DNA of 59,463 nt from Bigelowiella natans CCMP2755 (GCA_000320545.1 ADNK01002331.1:1-59463); one strand, 5' to 3'. Positions 24,595 to 37,620 are shown, counted from the stretch's first letter. Numbers and translations are program-made. The notes: generated by a model not told the origin, from the sequence alone.

Positions 24595-26641
24595 TTTGAT
24601 AAGTCCCTTGTTAGGGGTGCTAGATGTAAGGAATTACGATGTCACATTCCATCCTTTCAATCTTCTTCTTTTCAAGTTTCTACTAAACCATGATGATGAC
24701 GATGATGATGCTTTGTGTCTTCTCAGGATCAGGGAGTAGAGCCACTAATGATTCTTATGGAACCTTTGAGCGAGATTGATTCTATGAGTATCATTGCTGA
24801 TTGTCTTAAAATGGACCCACAGGTAGGTAGGTAGGGTGTAGGTAAGGTAGTTCGTGGCAGCACTCAGTATATAGAAGTAGTTTACATCTAGTTACTGCTA
24901 AATCTGCCTCTTCGTCTTGCTTCTTCTCCTTCTCCTCCTTCTCTTCAATAGACGCCATTGGTCGGAGATATTGCTTGGATGGGTAACTAAATATCAGAAA
25001 GGAACAAGAAAAACAAATCAAAGGGAGGAGTAGTAGTCTAAGGAAAAGAGCGTTATCGCTGACTGATCGTCATCCTCTTCTTCATCATGCTTACATCTTG
25101 ACATTGTGACTATCATCATCATCATCATCATTTGTTTGTACTTGTCTTTAGTTGAAGGGAACCCTCTTTTCATCTCGCTTTGGTGTTCACAACTGATGCG
25201 GAAGGGCATGGTCGATAACTACGGAGAAGTGAATGCGAATATGGACTTCCAATCGTTACCAATGCCGCATGCGATACGGCACTATTATGTCACTCTGTTT
25301 GACATGTTTGGTCCAACAAAGCAGGGAATCCTTCGTTTGTTGAGTCAGGCAGATACAGATCTCAATCCCACAGATATATGTTCATGTCTTGAGGTCGATG
25401 ATAACAAACGAAAAAGTAGGAGAAACCCACAGATATATCAAAACCACTGTGAGTCGCTCGTTAGAGTCAATGTTCTTCATCGATTTAGAAAGCTTGGCAA
25501 ACAGGTAGGATTTGAATCTTAGAAAATTAGTGTGATGATATGGTGACTAGTACTTTTCCCTTCTCAATCGAAACTGATGCAAGACTGCTGCTGTCACAAA
25601 ACTTAGTCGTCAAGAAGTGTATTATTGTGTTTTCGTAGCACACCACTATTTTTACCACATTGTTTTTCGTTGATACTAAAAAAACATCATGAGCATGTAG
25701 TCGTCGTATACCTTTATGGCGACGACATACATCATGTGCCCCATCATCTCAGCCACCACCGACAGACACCATTGTACTATTGCAGCGACGAGCTCCAAAA
25801 CACAAACGTTCCATTTCGAAAGCATCAGCTAATATTCTACGTGCTGCGGCGATGTCTGAAAGACGAAGATACCACCAGTCAATATCAGTGAAGGGAGAAA
25901 TTCCATGCACATTAGTAGCTGGTGGCAACAATAGCTACAGGTAGAAATAGTAGTTCTAGCAATGGTTGTAGCTACCGCATGCTGCTGCCGCCTATCATGA
26001 AAAGAAAATGAGTGAAGTATAGAAAACGATGGGTATGTAACAGTGAATGTAATGATTAATTTGGACTGCTAATAGTCATCCCAATAAATTGTTATTTCAC
26101 ATTGCTTAATGATAACATTTTTTGTTTGTCCTCATCATAGCTATCAGCTGGAAAGTCAAAACTTTCGTCGTGTAATACGTGCGATGATGCTCGATTCACA
26201 AGTTGGTAGTTTAAAGAAAGCTCTATCGAAACTTGGCACTTGTCGAAAGGAGTCGCAGAATCCACGATCTGAGCTCCAAAGCGACAGAATATCCGAATCT
26301 AAAACCCGAACGTAAGTTATACTTGTATCCCTCCAAATGTTATGAATTAATAAGAATATCGGTATATATGCATATTATATCGAAGTGTCTGTAAATTGAA
26401 CGTAATCTACCTGAATCGAATTATCAAATTCAAACTTGCAAATTGTGTGACGGTATCATCAAACTTACATAATCTAGAAATAATGTTTTGACATTTCTGC
26501 CGCATTATAGAGCTTTCTTCGTGTCACTGTCGAACAACTTTAAGTTAAATATATTATCACATTTTTAGTGTCGTCATATTTCTTTACAGAACTATAGTAG
26601 ATGATGAAATCATCCGTCCGAGGAACAATAAAATTGGATAA
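16921..26641 (+). CDS. EF-hand-fused soluble adenylyl cyclase-like protein (class III, ADCY10/sAC type; two cyclase domains plus P-loop NTPase), predicted N-myristoylated
   Basis: Exon 1 (16921-17390) has MGNQLS and EF loops DRGNKGYLVLAD and DKNKDNKVSLDE. C1: FVDVSGFTALTE...GGDIIK|FAGDALL (17682-17864, 17997 onward) and IHVGVGAGE. C2: VLFVNV, VNKLM|VDDKG...FGLP, VFCGVVGSTQRREYT|VMGDAVNLAARLM and VKLKGK. Walker A is GVMGCGKT (~22718-22741), Walker B is LILLMEDWH and GNPLF lies near 25157. The 3' end is uncertain (stop at 26641, or alternatively 26805). Confidence 0.9.
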
Positions 26642-26884
26642 ACTAATTCTCGCAGATCTTCATGTTGATTTATTTTCCGTTCCACCTTAGGTTCAGCTTC
26701 CAGGAACATAAAAGGGCGACATCGGTCCTATCTGGGAGTTTTAATAGTCCCTCTACAGTTAAGAAACGCCGTGCTAGCATAAGGGCGACGGAATTAGAGT
26801 TATAACTGCTGTTCATTGCCCACACGGTGCTGATGACATCTAAGCATCAAAGGTTGATAAATATTTGCGTCTATCATCGGTGAT

Positions 26885-27960
26885 TCCTCGCAAATTATGA
26901 GACGGATGTAATGAAATGTTTAATTTTTTGCAATGGTCATCCTGATTTAGCTATGCAGAGCAGCGGCTACAGTGCTTAAGTTGTGTCCTCGCAAATTATG
27001 GATGTATGTGCATGTAACGTTGGTAGCATGTTGTTTGCATTCTAGCACATAGATGCAATGATGATGATGCCTGCATGCTAGCATGGTGTGCATGCATGCA
27101 TTATATACATACATGTGATTATTGAGGCATCAACACGCCCTTCAAGCCTAAGCAAGGGATGGCGCATACACAGATGCACAGCTAGCGGTTGCTGAGTGTA
27201 GAGCTTTACAATGCATGCGACCACATCACAATCAAGCACGTACTCCTCCGACCCGCTGACTAGTTTCGATAGCTTGCATGACGACTTTCTTAAGACTTAA
27301 TTCATTCATGAGACGCAATCTAGTGATGATTGAGTTAAATTTTATCAATAGTTATCCCAATGTAGCCATGTGTAAAGCAGCAGCGGCCACAGCGCTTAAA
27401 TTGCACACATTCGTTTCTGTTGTGGCGACTTTCATGCATGAAAAATCAGAGCGGCGTGCGCGTAGCGCGGCTTTCATTGATGAGACAAATGCAATGAAAT
27501 GAGTGCGTTTTTTCAACAGTCATCCTAATACGCTTAATGTAGCTATTAAAAGCAGAGGCTACGTACAGCACTCATGTCATATCTATTTGTCTTTGCTATC
27601 ATGTCCTCAAGCACACAGATGGCATGTTGTGATGATCAGTGTGCACAGCACAGTGTCGCTTCGCACATGATCACGGTAAATCACTTCACATGTCAGTCAG
27701 TACACATGGCTTCGCATGTTAGCACACAATAATCGCATTGAACACGGTACATTGCTTCGGTACATGTCAATACGGCACATAGCAGTCGCATGTCGCTCCT
27801 CACATTGTGGGCGGTACAAAAAGGGCAATAGAGATATCAAGAATAATCTTCATATTACATATGCATGAGACGGATGCAATATGAAATGTTTAAATTTTTT
27901 CAATGGTCATCCTAATTTAGCTATGCAGAGCAGCGGCTACAGCGCTCAAGCTGTGTCTGT
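26885..27960. repeat. Four dispersed copies of a ~90-100 bp non-coding element
   Basis: Consensus TGAGAC..ATG.AATGAAATG...CAATGGTCATCCTAATTTAGCTATGCAGAGCAGCGGCTACAGCGCT. Near-identical copies at ~26898-26987 and ~27866-27957; degenerate copies at ~27309-27405 and ~27481-27575. Confidence 0.8.
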
Positions 27961-28096
27961 TTTTTCCTTGTGTCACATGTTGCATGCATGTGAAAGCATT
28001 GCAATGTCGTCGGCCATGTCGTGCTTTGCGCGCAGCGGTGCGGGCTCTTTTCTCTGTCTTTGTGAGCCGTTTCGTTTCGTCGTTGCGGTCCATGAT

Positions 28097-28127
<31 letters not shown>

Positions 28128-29305
28128 CAAAATATTTTTGTAATATAATACTTATATATGTATATATATTTCCCTTATCCCCCTATGTAAAGTATAAGTA
28201 TAATTATATAATATAATAAATATAATATCACAGTAGCATAACACAGTTGTATGATACAGCAGTTTGCTTTGCGATGGGCATGTTTACGTGCCACACCGCC
28301 ATTAGCGGTTATAATAATGTTATTATTATTACTTACACATCATACACATATCATATCTCTTGGCTTGCTATCACAGCAGTTGATGTAGATAAACCCCGCC
28401 TGACGCTCCTCACGCATGCGTTCTGGAGAATGCTGGCATATTCAATGCTGCTTTTGATCCGGTGCTTGCTGCAATGTTTTTTGATCCGGCTCCATTATGG
28501 ACATTACGTAATATATGATATAATGACAACAACAATAGCTTTGCTTCCACGAAAATGGAACACACATTAGCTGAGACAAACAAACACAATTTAGGCACTG
28601 TGATCGACCGCTGCATTGCACAGCCACACTAGGATGACTGGAATTGAAAGAGCAATGTAAAATCATTAATTACATCCGTCTCATATAATATGACTGGTGC
28701 TGGCAACTGTGATAACTTTTTGCATTCGCGGGGACAACTGAAACAAGATGACGTGCACTGTGCCAGATACAATGCGATGCCATCAAAATATAGATCATCT
28801 TCTGCGCCGCCCCAAATATGCATATCAGCAATGTCAAGCTGAACAAACAAGTGAGAAGCATCAGGATGAGTGACGACACAAAAAGGCTGACCAAGAAAGA
28901 AATGCTGTCTTTATTTGCATGTTTACATACCGAGCACAGGGAACGACGGACTATCAGAATATGTAAAACACAGTAAATGAATGCAACTAAATAATAAGCG
29001 CATGATACTCATCCGAGGAAGCGATGTAATTCTGAGCAAGCAGACGGCGGGTGCATGCAGTAAGCTTGAATGTGCCACGCGCGATGCCCTGCATAGCCTG
29101 ACAGTGCGCGATCGTGCTGCTACTTTTGAATTTATTATCATTGCGTCAATGGCAGTGCAGTGTCGTCGCGTTTGCAAGTTTCATAATTGTTACATAAACG
29201 AACTTCCATCTTCGGCTAACCGAAAATGGAAGCATTTTTCAAAATCATTTTCATTAAAAAGAATAGTGCAGGAAAAATTAGCACCGAATATGAACGACTA
29301 TTACT

Positions 29306-30437
29306 TCAAATTTTGACTGGCATAACTATTTTGCCCTCGACCGATTCTTCAGTGTGAGAGCCGTCATTTAAGCCAGACTGATCGTTGAAACCGTTATTAT
29401 CATCACGGTTAGTGGGAAGGCTCGAGCGAATGGTAATAGAACTCACGCGATTTTCAAAATTAGAAGCAGTATTTCTTGAACCTACCATGCCAGTATCACT
29501 GTTCCCAAGTAAGTACGAATGGTCAAATTGATGCGGTGTGAAAACCGCTTGCCCATTACCCGTCCCTGTTTGACGATACAAACTTTGACCCGACATCTCT
29601 ATTGTGTTTTCTTGTCCCATCTTCATTCTCGAGACAACACCGAGCCTAGATCCAGAAACTGCTCTTGAATCGCGGGATAAGGCTTCACGTTCCATGTGGG
29701 TAGAAGATAACCTCGATCTTCCAATCCGTTGTGATTCATGACGAGAATGATGACGAGAGTGACGAGAGTGCGTAGAGTCCTGGCTGGACCGGTGAGTCTT
29801 CCCACGACGACGGCGCATTGACGAGCCACCGCTACTTCCCTTAACTACATTGTTCACCTTACCCTTGATCATATAAATTATAACAGCGAGGGCACACGCG
29901 TCGCAGAAAAGAGCGAAGAGGTAGAGTGTGTAGATCTCACGGCCAAACAGCATAGCGATTGAGCAGCAGCAACTTAGGAATATGGGAATTGTCACGAATA
30001 ACACCAATCGTTGGAAACGGTGAGCTGTCGCTGCCTTATCAGCATTTGCCGAGCTTGACACCTTAGAAGCGAGGAGCATACCGTAGAGAAGGTAAGCAAC
30101 CATTAGAAGCAGAGAAAGTCCCACGATAATGCTCGAAACGACGTATGGTGGGAGGTCTAACAAGTAGAATAGTAACCCAACAACCAGGACTGAACCACCA
30201 AGGAGCGTACTGGTCAATATGAACCTCTTCTGGAATTGTTCGAATGGATTTTTTGAGAGTCGAGCATTGTGTATGACGCTAGCCCATTGGAACACGATAA
30301 GACAGTAGAGGGTAAAGCCGATGTAATATGGAAGCGTTATAATTCCCAATGAAATGCCAAAATGCATGCGAGCGTGCTCGAACCCATCGATCAGCCGTGC
30401 AACCTTAGGATTGGATGTGACATATGAGATCAAGTTG

Positions 30438-30477
<40 letters not shown>

Positions 30478-32595
30478 GTATCTTTCACTGAGGTCAGCAT
30501 GTTGTCACTATCCCCCTCCTCCCCCCCAACCCTTTGATTTTGCAACTTCTTTTAGAGAATTTGATGTTTACTAACCATTAACACGCTAAAAATCCTGACG
30601 ATAGCAAAAGCGATGATGAGAATGTGCGTCCAGACGCAGATCTTGAACTTGAATCCTCCTGCACCCATTCGCCCAACTTGCACTAAAGCTACTCCAGCTA
30701 TGACAACAAACACGCCTATCAGCACCCAATAGCCAGCCTCGACGTTGTTCTCATTCGATGTGCAGCTGACTTGATCCGCAAGAAGTGTGAATTCAGTGAG
30801 GTGGTTGCACACGCAAAGATGCGCTCCATCGGAACTAATGCCGTTGTACACGCATCCTTCTCCGCTCCACGTTTGGAGAACCGTATCCCAAAAGCGGCAA
30901 AGCTTAAGCGTGTTGCATTCTTCCTGCACAGATGTGAGAGCAATTGTGACATTCGCGATGGCGTCTTCACTGCTGTGAGTGTCTTCTGAAGACAATAGGC
31001 GCACTCCAGAAGCGTTGTAAAGATTGACTGAAGCAACATCTGGCGACGCGAACACGAAGCCGTCACCAGCCCCTCCTGCAGCTGAGGATTGCTGCTGCTG
31101 CTGTACGTTCTGCTGCGAGTTATGTCGGCAACTTGAAACGGACGCTGTCCCAAGTCGCAGGAGAGTGAGGACACTCTGTGCACGCTCATACTCGCCTGAT
31201 AATAATGTGCCAAGATGGATTCAGATGATGAGAAAACAGCATGCAACGCACAGAAGAAGCCTTTATTTTCATCATATCGCTTCAGACATTGCGTAGAGAG
31301 GGTGTGAATTTTCGTGAACGTTTATGCTCAATGAATGCAGCCCAGCGTCTTCTCTCCCCCTTCTTCACGACCCCAAAAAGGAAGTGTGAAGATTGATGTG
31401 TGTGATGCAAAAGTTACTATCTTACAAAGACAATTTTCACCTCTACAACTATAAATCACTATTTGTTACCTGGTGAAGACAATGAAGTCGTCGTTGATGC
31501 AGTGACAGTAGGGTCAACAGTGACGCGGAATGAAGAAGATGCGTTCAAGCCTCCAGCCTCATCCGCAAATATAGAGCCTGTAGTCGCGTCGAAAGCGGAA
31601 GTAGTGTATTGCACGCCTCCTGTGTTTGATTGAGGAGGGGAGGTTGACCCAGCTCTTTGAAGAAGCACATCCATGGAAGCGAGTGTTTGGTTCAGGAGGG
31701 CGCATGATGATGTCGTTGTGGTTGTCGTTGTAGCAGGAATTGTAGCTGAGGACGAATCCGCATTGATACTGAAGAAATTCGCCTTTTTCACCATCGCAGA
31801 GTAACCATCAGCGAGAACGTGACCCAAATTAGAGGCTAGTCTTTCGGGTTCGGCATGATTCGTGATTGTTTCTATAGCGTCAAGAATATTTAGAGACTCT
31901 TCAGTGTTGTCCTCATTACCTTTACAGAACAACAATGGGAAAGAGAAATATTAGCACCATAGGAAAATCGGCAGTATGTCTTCAGGATAAGCTACACTTG
32001 AGCACACCTACATGCAATCACACTCAAACCTACCCACTCCCAAAAAAGATAAAAGAGTATACCTTGGAACGTTTGAGTCTCGCTACTGTCTCTGAGAGTT
32101 TCCGCTACAAGAAGGCTCATCTCCCCTTCTACGAACTCGGTCATGGATGCCGCTCTTACAACATAACTAGAAGCGATTTGCCAAAGCTCAGAAGAGAGAG
32201 ACTGCAGAGTTGCGCTTGTGGAACATCCGCTGTTTGAAACCCACCAAATGAATCATTTTGTCCATATCTCAATGAATGACTGCAAACGGTTGTTGTGATT
32301 TAGAAAGGAATTTAATATTCTCTTTACCTAATGGTGGTGTTTGTCGGTGTCGTTGCCAATGCCCCCGCATAATCTGGACATTCTGAAAGCGAAATATCAC
32401 CACCGTCACTTCCCTTCCTGGGAATCTCGTCTATCACATCCATGGCCAGGCGAGAGAGACTGAGCATATTTGTCACGTCTCCCAGATCCCAGAGATTGGC
32501 CAATGTGCTGTTCAGGCTCCGACACATATCATCTCGCAGTCCATAGCTATGATAGTCGACATGGAATGCAGGATATGCTTCCTCGACCTTGGCAA

Positions 32596-32635
<40 letters not shown>

Positions 32636-33020
32636 AGCGAGGATATGTATGCATGCATGCGTGCGTGCGTCCGTATGTGTATGTATGTATGTATGTGTGC
32701 TATGTAGTTTGTCGCAGGGTTTGCAATTACCATTTGTCGCAACAAGAAAACAGCTTGAGACGTCTTGAGGCACTCGGTTGTCTGCTGTGCAAAAGAAGGA
32801 TACTGCTGCGCTAACACCCGAACAGGGCCAAACTGACTATACGACACACCGCCCAAGACATCTTTGGCTCCGATCAGAAGTATGTGGTCTCCAGGCGGAA
32901 GAGTGAATTTACAATCTGCGAATGTGTAGAATTCAGAGCGTAAGAGCAAAGATAGTTAAAAAATGTCGTATAAGAAATCATATGAGATATTTTGTGGATA
33001 ATTTTATATGTGGAGAGAGA

Positions 33021-33056
<36 letters not shown>

Positions 33057-34279
33057 GAGAGATGGAAACAGGTCCCAATACATTACTCCTGCTCATCGCA
33101 TATTTTCATAAACATCTTTGTATGACCTGTTACAAGAGAGAACGGGCAGAGTACTTTAGAACTAGACTCGGTAGCGGATTGAGAAAAGTATGCAAAGGAC
33201 ATAAGAATTGGAGCTGCAGCTGGATCTGAGATGACAATGGATGCTTCGGCATCGAATGTTGTCGTGTATGCTGTTCCAGACAGAGGCTGAACCCGAATCG
33301 ATGCGATAACCGGAGCATCAACTACTTTGATTGTAACCTTATTGGATATCATTAGCGATGTTATTAACACACACCCGTGAAACCAAAATACAAGTAACTT
33401 TACACAAGACTTCATGTTTTTAACCCTGCGTACATGTAAATATGTGCAAGCTTTAAAAGGTGATTGTCATTTTTGTACCGATGACTGGGGACTCTGTGAT
33501 TCTGCGTCCACATAGGAAGCGCTGATGGTAAATTTGTCCTCCTGGCGAATAGCTGCTAATTCAGATATGGAAAGTTCAAGAGATGCTGTGGTGGCCAGAG
33601 TTGCTGCTCCTGAAGACGAGGACATCACCCAACGATAGTTATTATCTATGTCATTACCGCTCACACTTCCACCGCTATCGATGCTTCTCGATATTCGATT
33701 GGCTGTGAGGGCAAGGAGACCCTGTCGGGAAACAATGAAACTTTTGCCAGAAATGAATAACGCTGGGGATTCTCCAGAGATCACACGGACAAGGAGCGAG
33801 CGGTCGCTAGAGCGTCGCAGCGTACCATCGTTGGACACTACAGAAAAGTTTACCGTGATGTTCAATATAGAAGGGAAACGGGTGGAATAACGAAGGGCGA
33901 GAGATGGGATAGAGAACACATCCCCATTTGCCGATATCTGAACTGCAGAGCATGGTTGTTGTGCCGTGTGGTTAGTGCAGCTCCATTCGAAGATTTTGGT
34001 CGCATTCTTCGCCTCCTCAGGGTCATATGAAGCTGAACCGGCGTCTAAGTACAGGTCTAGGCTGTTTGCTGGAATTTCCTGAAAGTCTCCGACACCTTTG
34101 ATCATTGCTACGGGAGGACGAGCGCTTGTCTCTAGTACGTTCTAAGTACGTTCAGGTTTTAACATTCATTAGAATCTAAACACATATTGGAAGAAGGTCA
34201 GAACATCTGTCATTTACTGACAAACTGGCCATTACGCTACCGACTACTTATGCACATGTACTTTTAGTCAACACACACA

Positions 34280-34310
<31 letters not shown>

Positions 34311-36449
34311 TCGTGTAAGTGATACCGAAAGCAACAGAAGTCCGCGTTGCACCCCATAGACCTTGGTCATATTCGCCTCGAAACTAATCTGATAGCTCTC
34401 AGCAGGCTCAAGCAAGTGTGTCGGAATTCTAAGGACAGTGGTCTTCGACGACAGCGTCTCTGACAGGTCGATGGTTCTGCCGGACCGACCTGTTCTGCTA
34501 TTTGTGAGTCTCGATATCGCCCAGAGGTAGGAGAAGGAAGAGATATCTTCCGCCGACAAGCTGTTATTCTTCGACTGAAGATGGTGATTTATATCCGCTG
34601 TGAGAATGACATCTTGGCCAGAGCTTACGATACCAAAGCCGCTAAGAGTTATAGTGGGTGCAAAGCTTCGCTGCAGTGTGGTGTTGGTCTCCGCGCAAAT
34701 CTGTAGCTCGTTCGTGGATATGGAAGAGGAGTTGAAGCGAACACACGCCGTGATCCCCACCATAACCGAGGTCTGGTCATCAGCTTGGAACAGTGAGTTC
34801 AAGCTATGAACATTGACGTGCAGGGAGTCTCCAGCCCATGGACTCTCTCGACCACGAAAGCTCAAGACAGCAGAGGAGGAAGCATTGTGGGATAGTAGAT
34901 CCCAATTAAAAATTCTATGTATGCTATTGCTGGCTATAGATGCACAGGTGAGCGAAAAAGTCATGCTGAGCCCATCGCTGGTCCAAGATGTACTTGGACC
35001 TTCAATTCTCAAGCACGATTCTTCGAGGAATCGAGTAATACTGCTGCTACCAGTGCTTGGTGACAACGTTGCACCAATGGTGGGAGCAAGAGAAGGTGAC
35101 TGGGACGTAGATATCGGGTTTATGGTCGGTGCTGCTGTAGGCTGCGTTGACGGGCTTAAAGTGATTGGAATCGCTGTAGCCGGAGAAGCTGTGGGAACCG
35201 AAGACGGCGCCATTGAGGGAGAACGTGATGGAGATAGGGAAGGAATCATAGTCGGTGACGAAGTTGGTATTGTGGATGGAGAGAACGATGGAGATGAGGA
35301 AGGAACGATAGTCGGTGATGAAGTCGGCATTGTGGATGGCGTCATTGAGGGAGTGAGCGATGGAGATGAGGAAGGAACGATAGTCGGTGATGAAGTCGGC
35401 ATTGTGGATGGCGTCATTGAGGGAGAGAGCGATGGAGATGAGGAAGGAACGATAGTCGGTGATGAAGTCGGCATTGTGGATGGCGTCATTGAGGGAGAGA
35501 GCGATGGAGATGAGGAAGGAACGATAGTAGATGGAGAAGTAGAGGGTGTGCATGATGGGTTTTGAGTGGGTGCTGTGGAGGGTAACGCTGATGGGCTGAA
35601 TGTCGGACTCTTTGTGGCCCCAGTGACAGTTGGTGCATAAGTCACAGGAGACAAGGAGGGAGACTGAGAGGGATTTACAGATGGAGTCACAGAGGGGGAC
35701 TGGGAGGGAGAGGCAGATGGTGCATAAGTCACAGGAGACAAGGAGGGAGACTGAGAGGGATTTACAGATGGAGTCACAGAGGGGGACTGGGAGGGAGAGG
35801 CAGATGGTGCATAAGTCACAGGAGACAAGGAGGGAGACTGAGAGGGATTCACAGATGGAGTCACAGAGGGGGACTGGGAGGGAATTGCAGAAGGCGATTG
35901 AGAAGGCGCGGTTGATGGTGAGGTGGTTGGAGTCAGAGTAGGATTGACTGTTGGGAAATTCGTGGGAACAGGCGTTGGGAATTTCGTAGGAACAGGCGTT
36001 GGGAATTTCGTAGGAATCGCCGTTGGAAATTTTGTGGGAAGGGGCGTTGGGAAATTCGTGGGATTGGCATAGCAAATCTCTGTTTTCCTCGAAATACTGC
36101 TTGCACTCTTATCCACCAAAACTCCTGAAGAATGAATTCCAATGTGAAATTAAACAGAAGCATTTCGCATGGAGGTAGCAAGCGAGAGAAATCTACCTGG
36201 AAAGTACTGACATTTGTAGTTGTTATTAGAACTTTGAATTGTATAGCACAGTCCTTCTCCATATGTGTTTCCTATACTCTCACAATAACTTAAGCAAACA
36301 GAATCTCCCTGCCTTGGTGTGCCTTCGTAGCACGTTACTCCTGTTACATCACATGATTGTTGGGGCCTCCTGTTGGCAGTAAAGCTATTGCATGAAACCG
36401 AACCAGTAGCCGTAGAAGGTAACAACAAAAGCAGTGGGAGGAGGCGCAT
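29306..36449 (-). CDS. Adhesion-GPCR/polycystin-like receptor: signal peptide, Cys-rich N-terminal domain, PT/PS mucin-like stalk, REJ-like domain, GAIN/GPS and 7TM (TOM1/GPR137-like)
   Basis: Signal peptide MRLLPLLLLLPSTATG (exon 36449-36197) and Pro/Ser/Thr repeats. REJ-like motifs: LDAGSASYDPE...FEWSC, IRVQPLSGTAYTTTF and FTLPPG...IGAKDVLG. GPS: CRFWD...WSGEGC...CVCNHL|TEFTLL (~30778-30899). Seven hydrophobic helices lie in exons ending 30576 and 30403-29306, followed by a Ser/Arg-rich cytoplasmic tail. Internal exon boundaries are only partly resolved. Confidence 0.85.
35250..36065 (-). repeat. Coding minisatellites of the receptor stalk: 72-bp unit (~4 copies), 87-bp unit (3 copies), 24-bp unit (~5 copies)
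   Basis: TIVPSSSPSLSPSMTPSTMPTSSP (24 aa); SASPSQSPSVTPSVNPSQSPSLSPVTYAP (29 aa; DNA anchors at 35632, 35719 and 35806); PTKFPTPV (8 aa). Confidence 0.92.
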
Positions 36450-37133
36450 AGCACCGGGTTCTGGTAAGAGTTAGCAGGGTTACAGGAGTTTCAAGTGGCA
36501 GCCTTGTCGTAGGAATAAAATCCCATGAGTACCGCTATTTTCGCTACATAAATTCTATAAATAGAGGCAATTTCTTCTCGCACTGGCCACACGCGTGAAA
36601 ATAGATCTAGGTAACAGATCCAGTAACGTTATTTCGTCATTTCTTCTCCCTCATTCCATCCTGTATTCTCGAGTATTCTTAGCCGGTGGATGCGAAACGA
36701 AGCCTCACTTCTTCATGGTGGTCCTATTGAGGAGGATGTGGAAGTTTGCACACCCAATCATCCTTTTGATTGCACCATTAGTTCATTCACGTATTCATTC
36801 ATGTTCAGAGTGAATAAACCCGCCAACGTTGCAGCCCACCTCTTTTGAACCTCTCCTTCGGTGACGGTACGTCGATTAACATTTGAGGGCAGTTGAGAGT
36901 AGCAAGGGTAAATTAGCGAACTGGAATGCAGATTCTCGGCGACGTCATTCGCACACTTCTTCTTCTTCCAGCTTCCTTCTGCTTTCTTTTTTCTTCTCAA
37001 CCCAAAATTCATGGCGGATGCGAAATGCTCGAATCTCTCATCAGATTTCTTGCGGTACGTCGCCTTTTAATTGGGAGAGGAGAAGGTTGATGATGATAAC
37101 AAGAACGAGTCGTTGAGCTCTTCTTCTTATTCT

Positions 37134-37175
<42 letters not shown>

Positions 37176-37620
37176 CTCCTCCTCCTCCCGCTCATTCTCC
37201 CGCAGCCATCATCATCATTTTCATGGGTCATTTTTATGCATGTTGATTGGGCGGCGGGGAGAAATTACAAGTAAAAGGCTACTGATACTAATGATAAGCA
37301 TTCTACTAATGATCATCCTCATTATGCTTTCGACTGGGCCTTATTAGAACACTTCACCCAGTCATTCACAGCATCGAACATGATATTGTTTCGTCACGTT
37401 CATTCTAGTGAACTATTACAACAACAGTTTATCTGTCAACAGTGCATATGCCCTGCATAAGCTTTTGCTGCTACGCCCGCCGCGGGCTGCGCATCTATCG
37501 TATGTATAATAATGACTAGACAAATCGAACTTTATCTCCTTATCATTATTGTACGTCATTGGCGTTCCAGCGCCCTTTATTTTTGACACAATTTGGTTTG
37601 CATTGTTGCATGGTCACGTA

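Noticed and set aside
26885-27960. CRISPR-like repeat-spacer array
   Set aside because: Repeats are ~90 bp, divergent and irregularly spaced; no cas genes; eukaryotic context.
34813-36075. Repetitive ORFs 34813-35565 (+) and 35047-36075 (-, alternative frame)
   Set aside because: By-products of the PT/PS coding minisatellite.
36595-37274. Short ORFs upstream of the receptor gene
   Set aside because: No recognisable motif and no consistent splice model.
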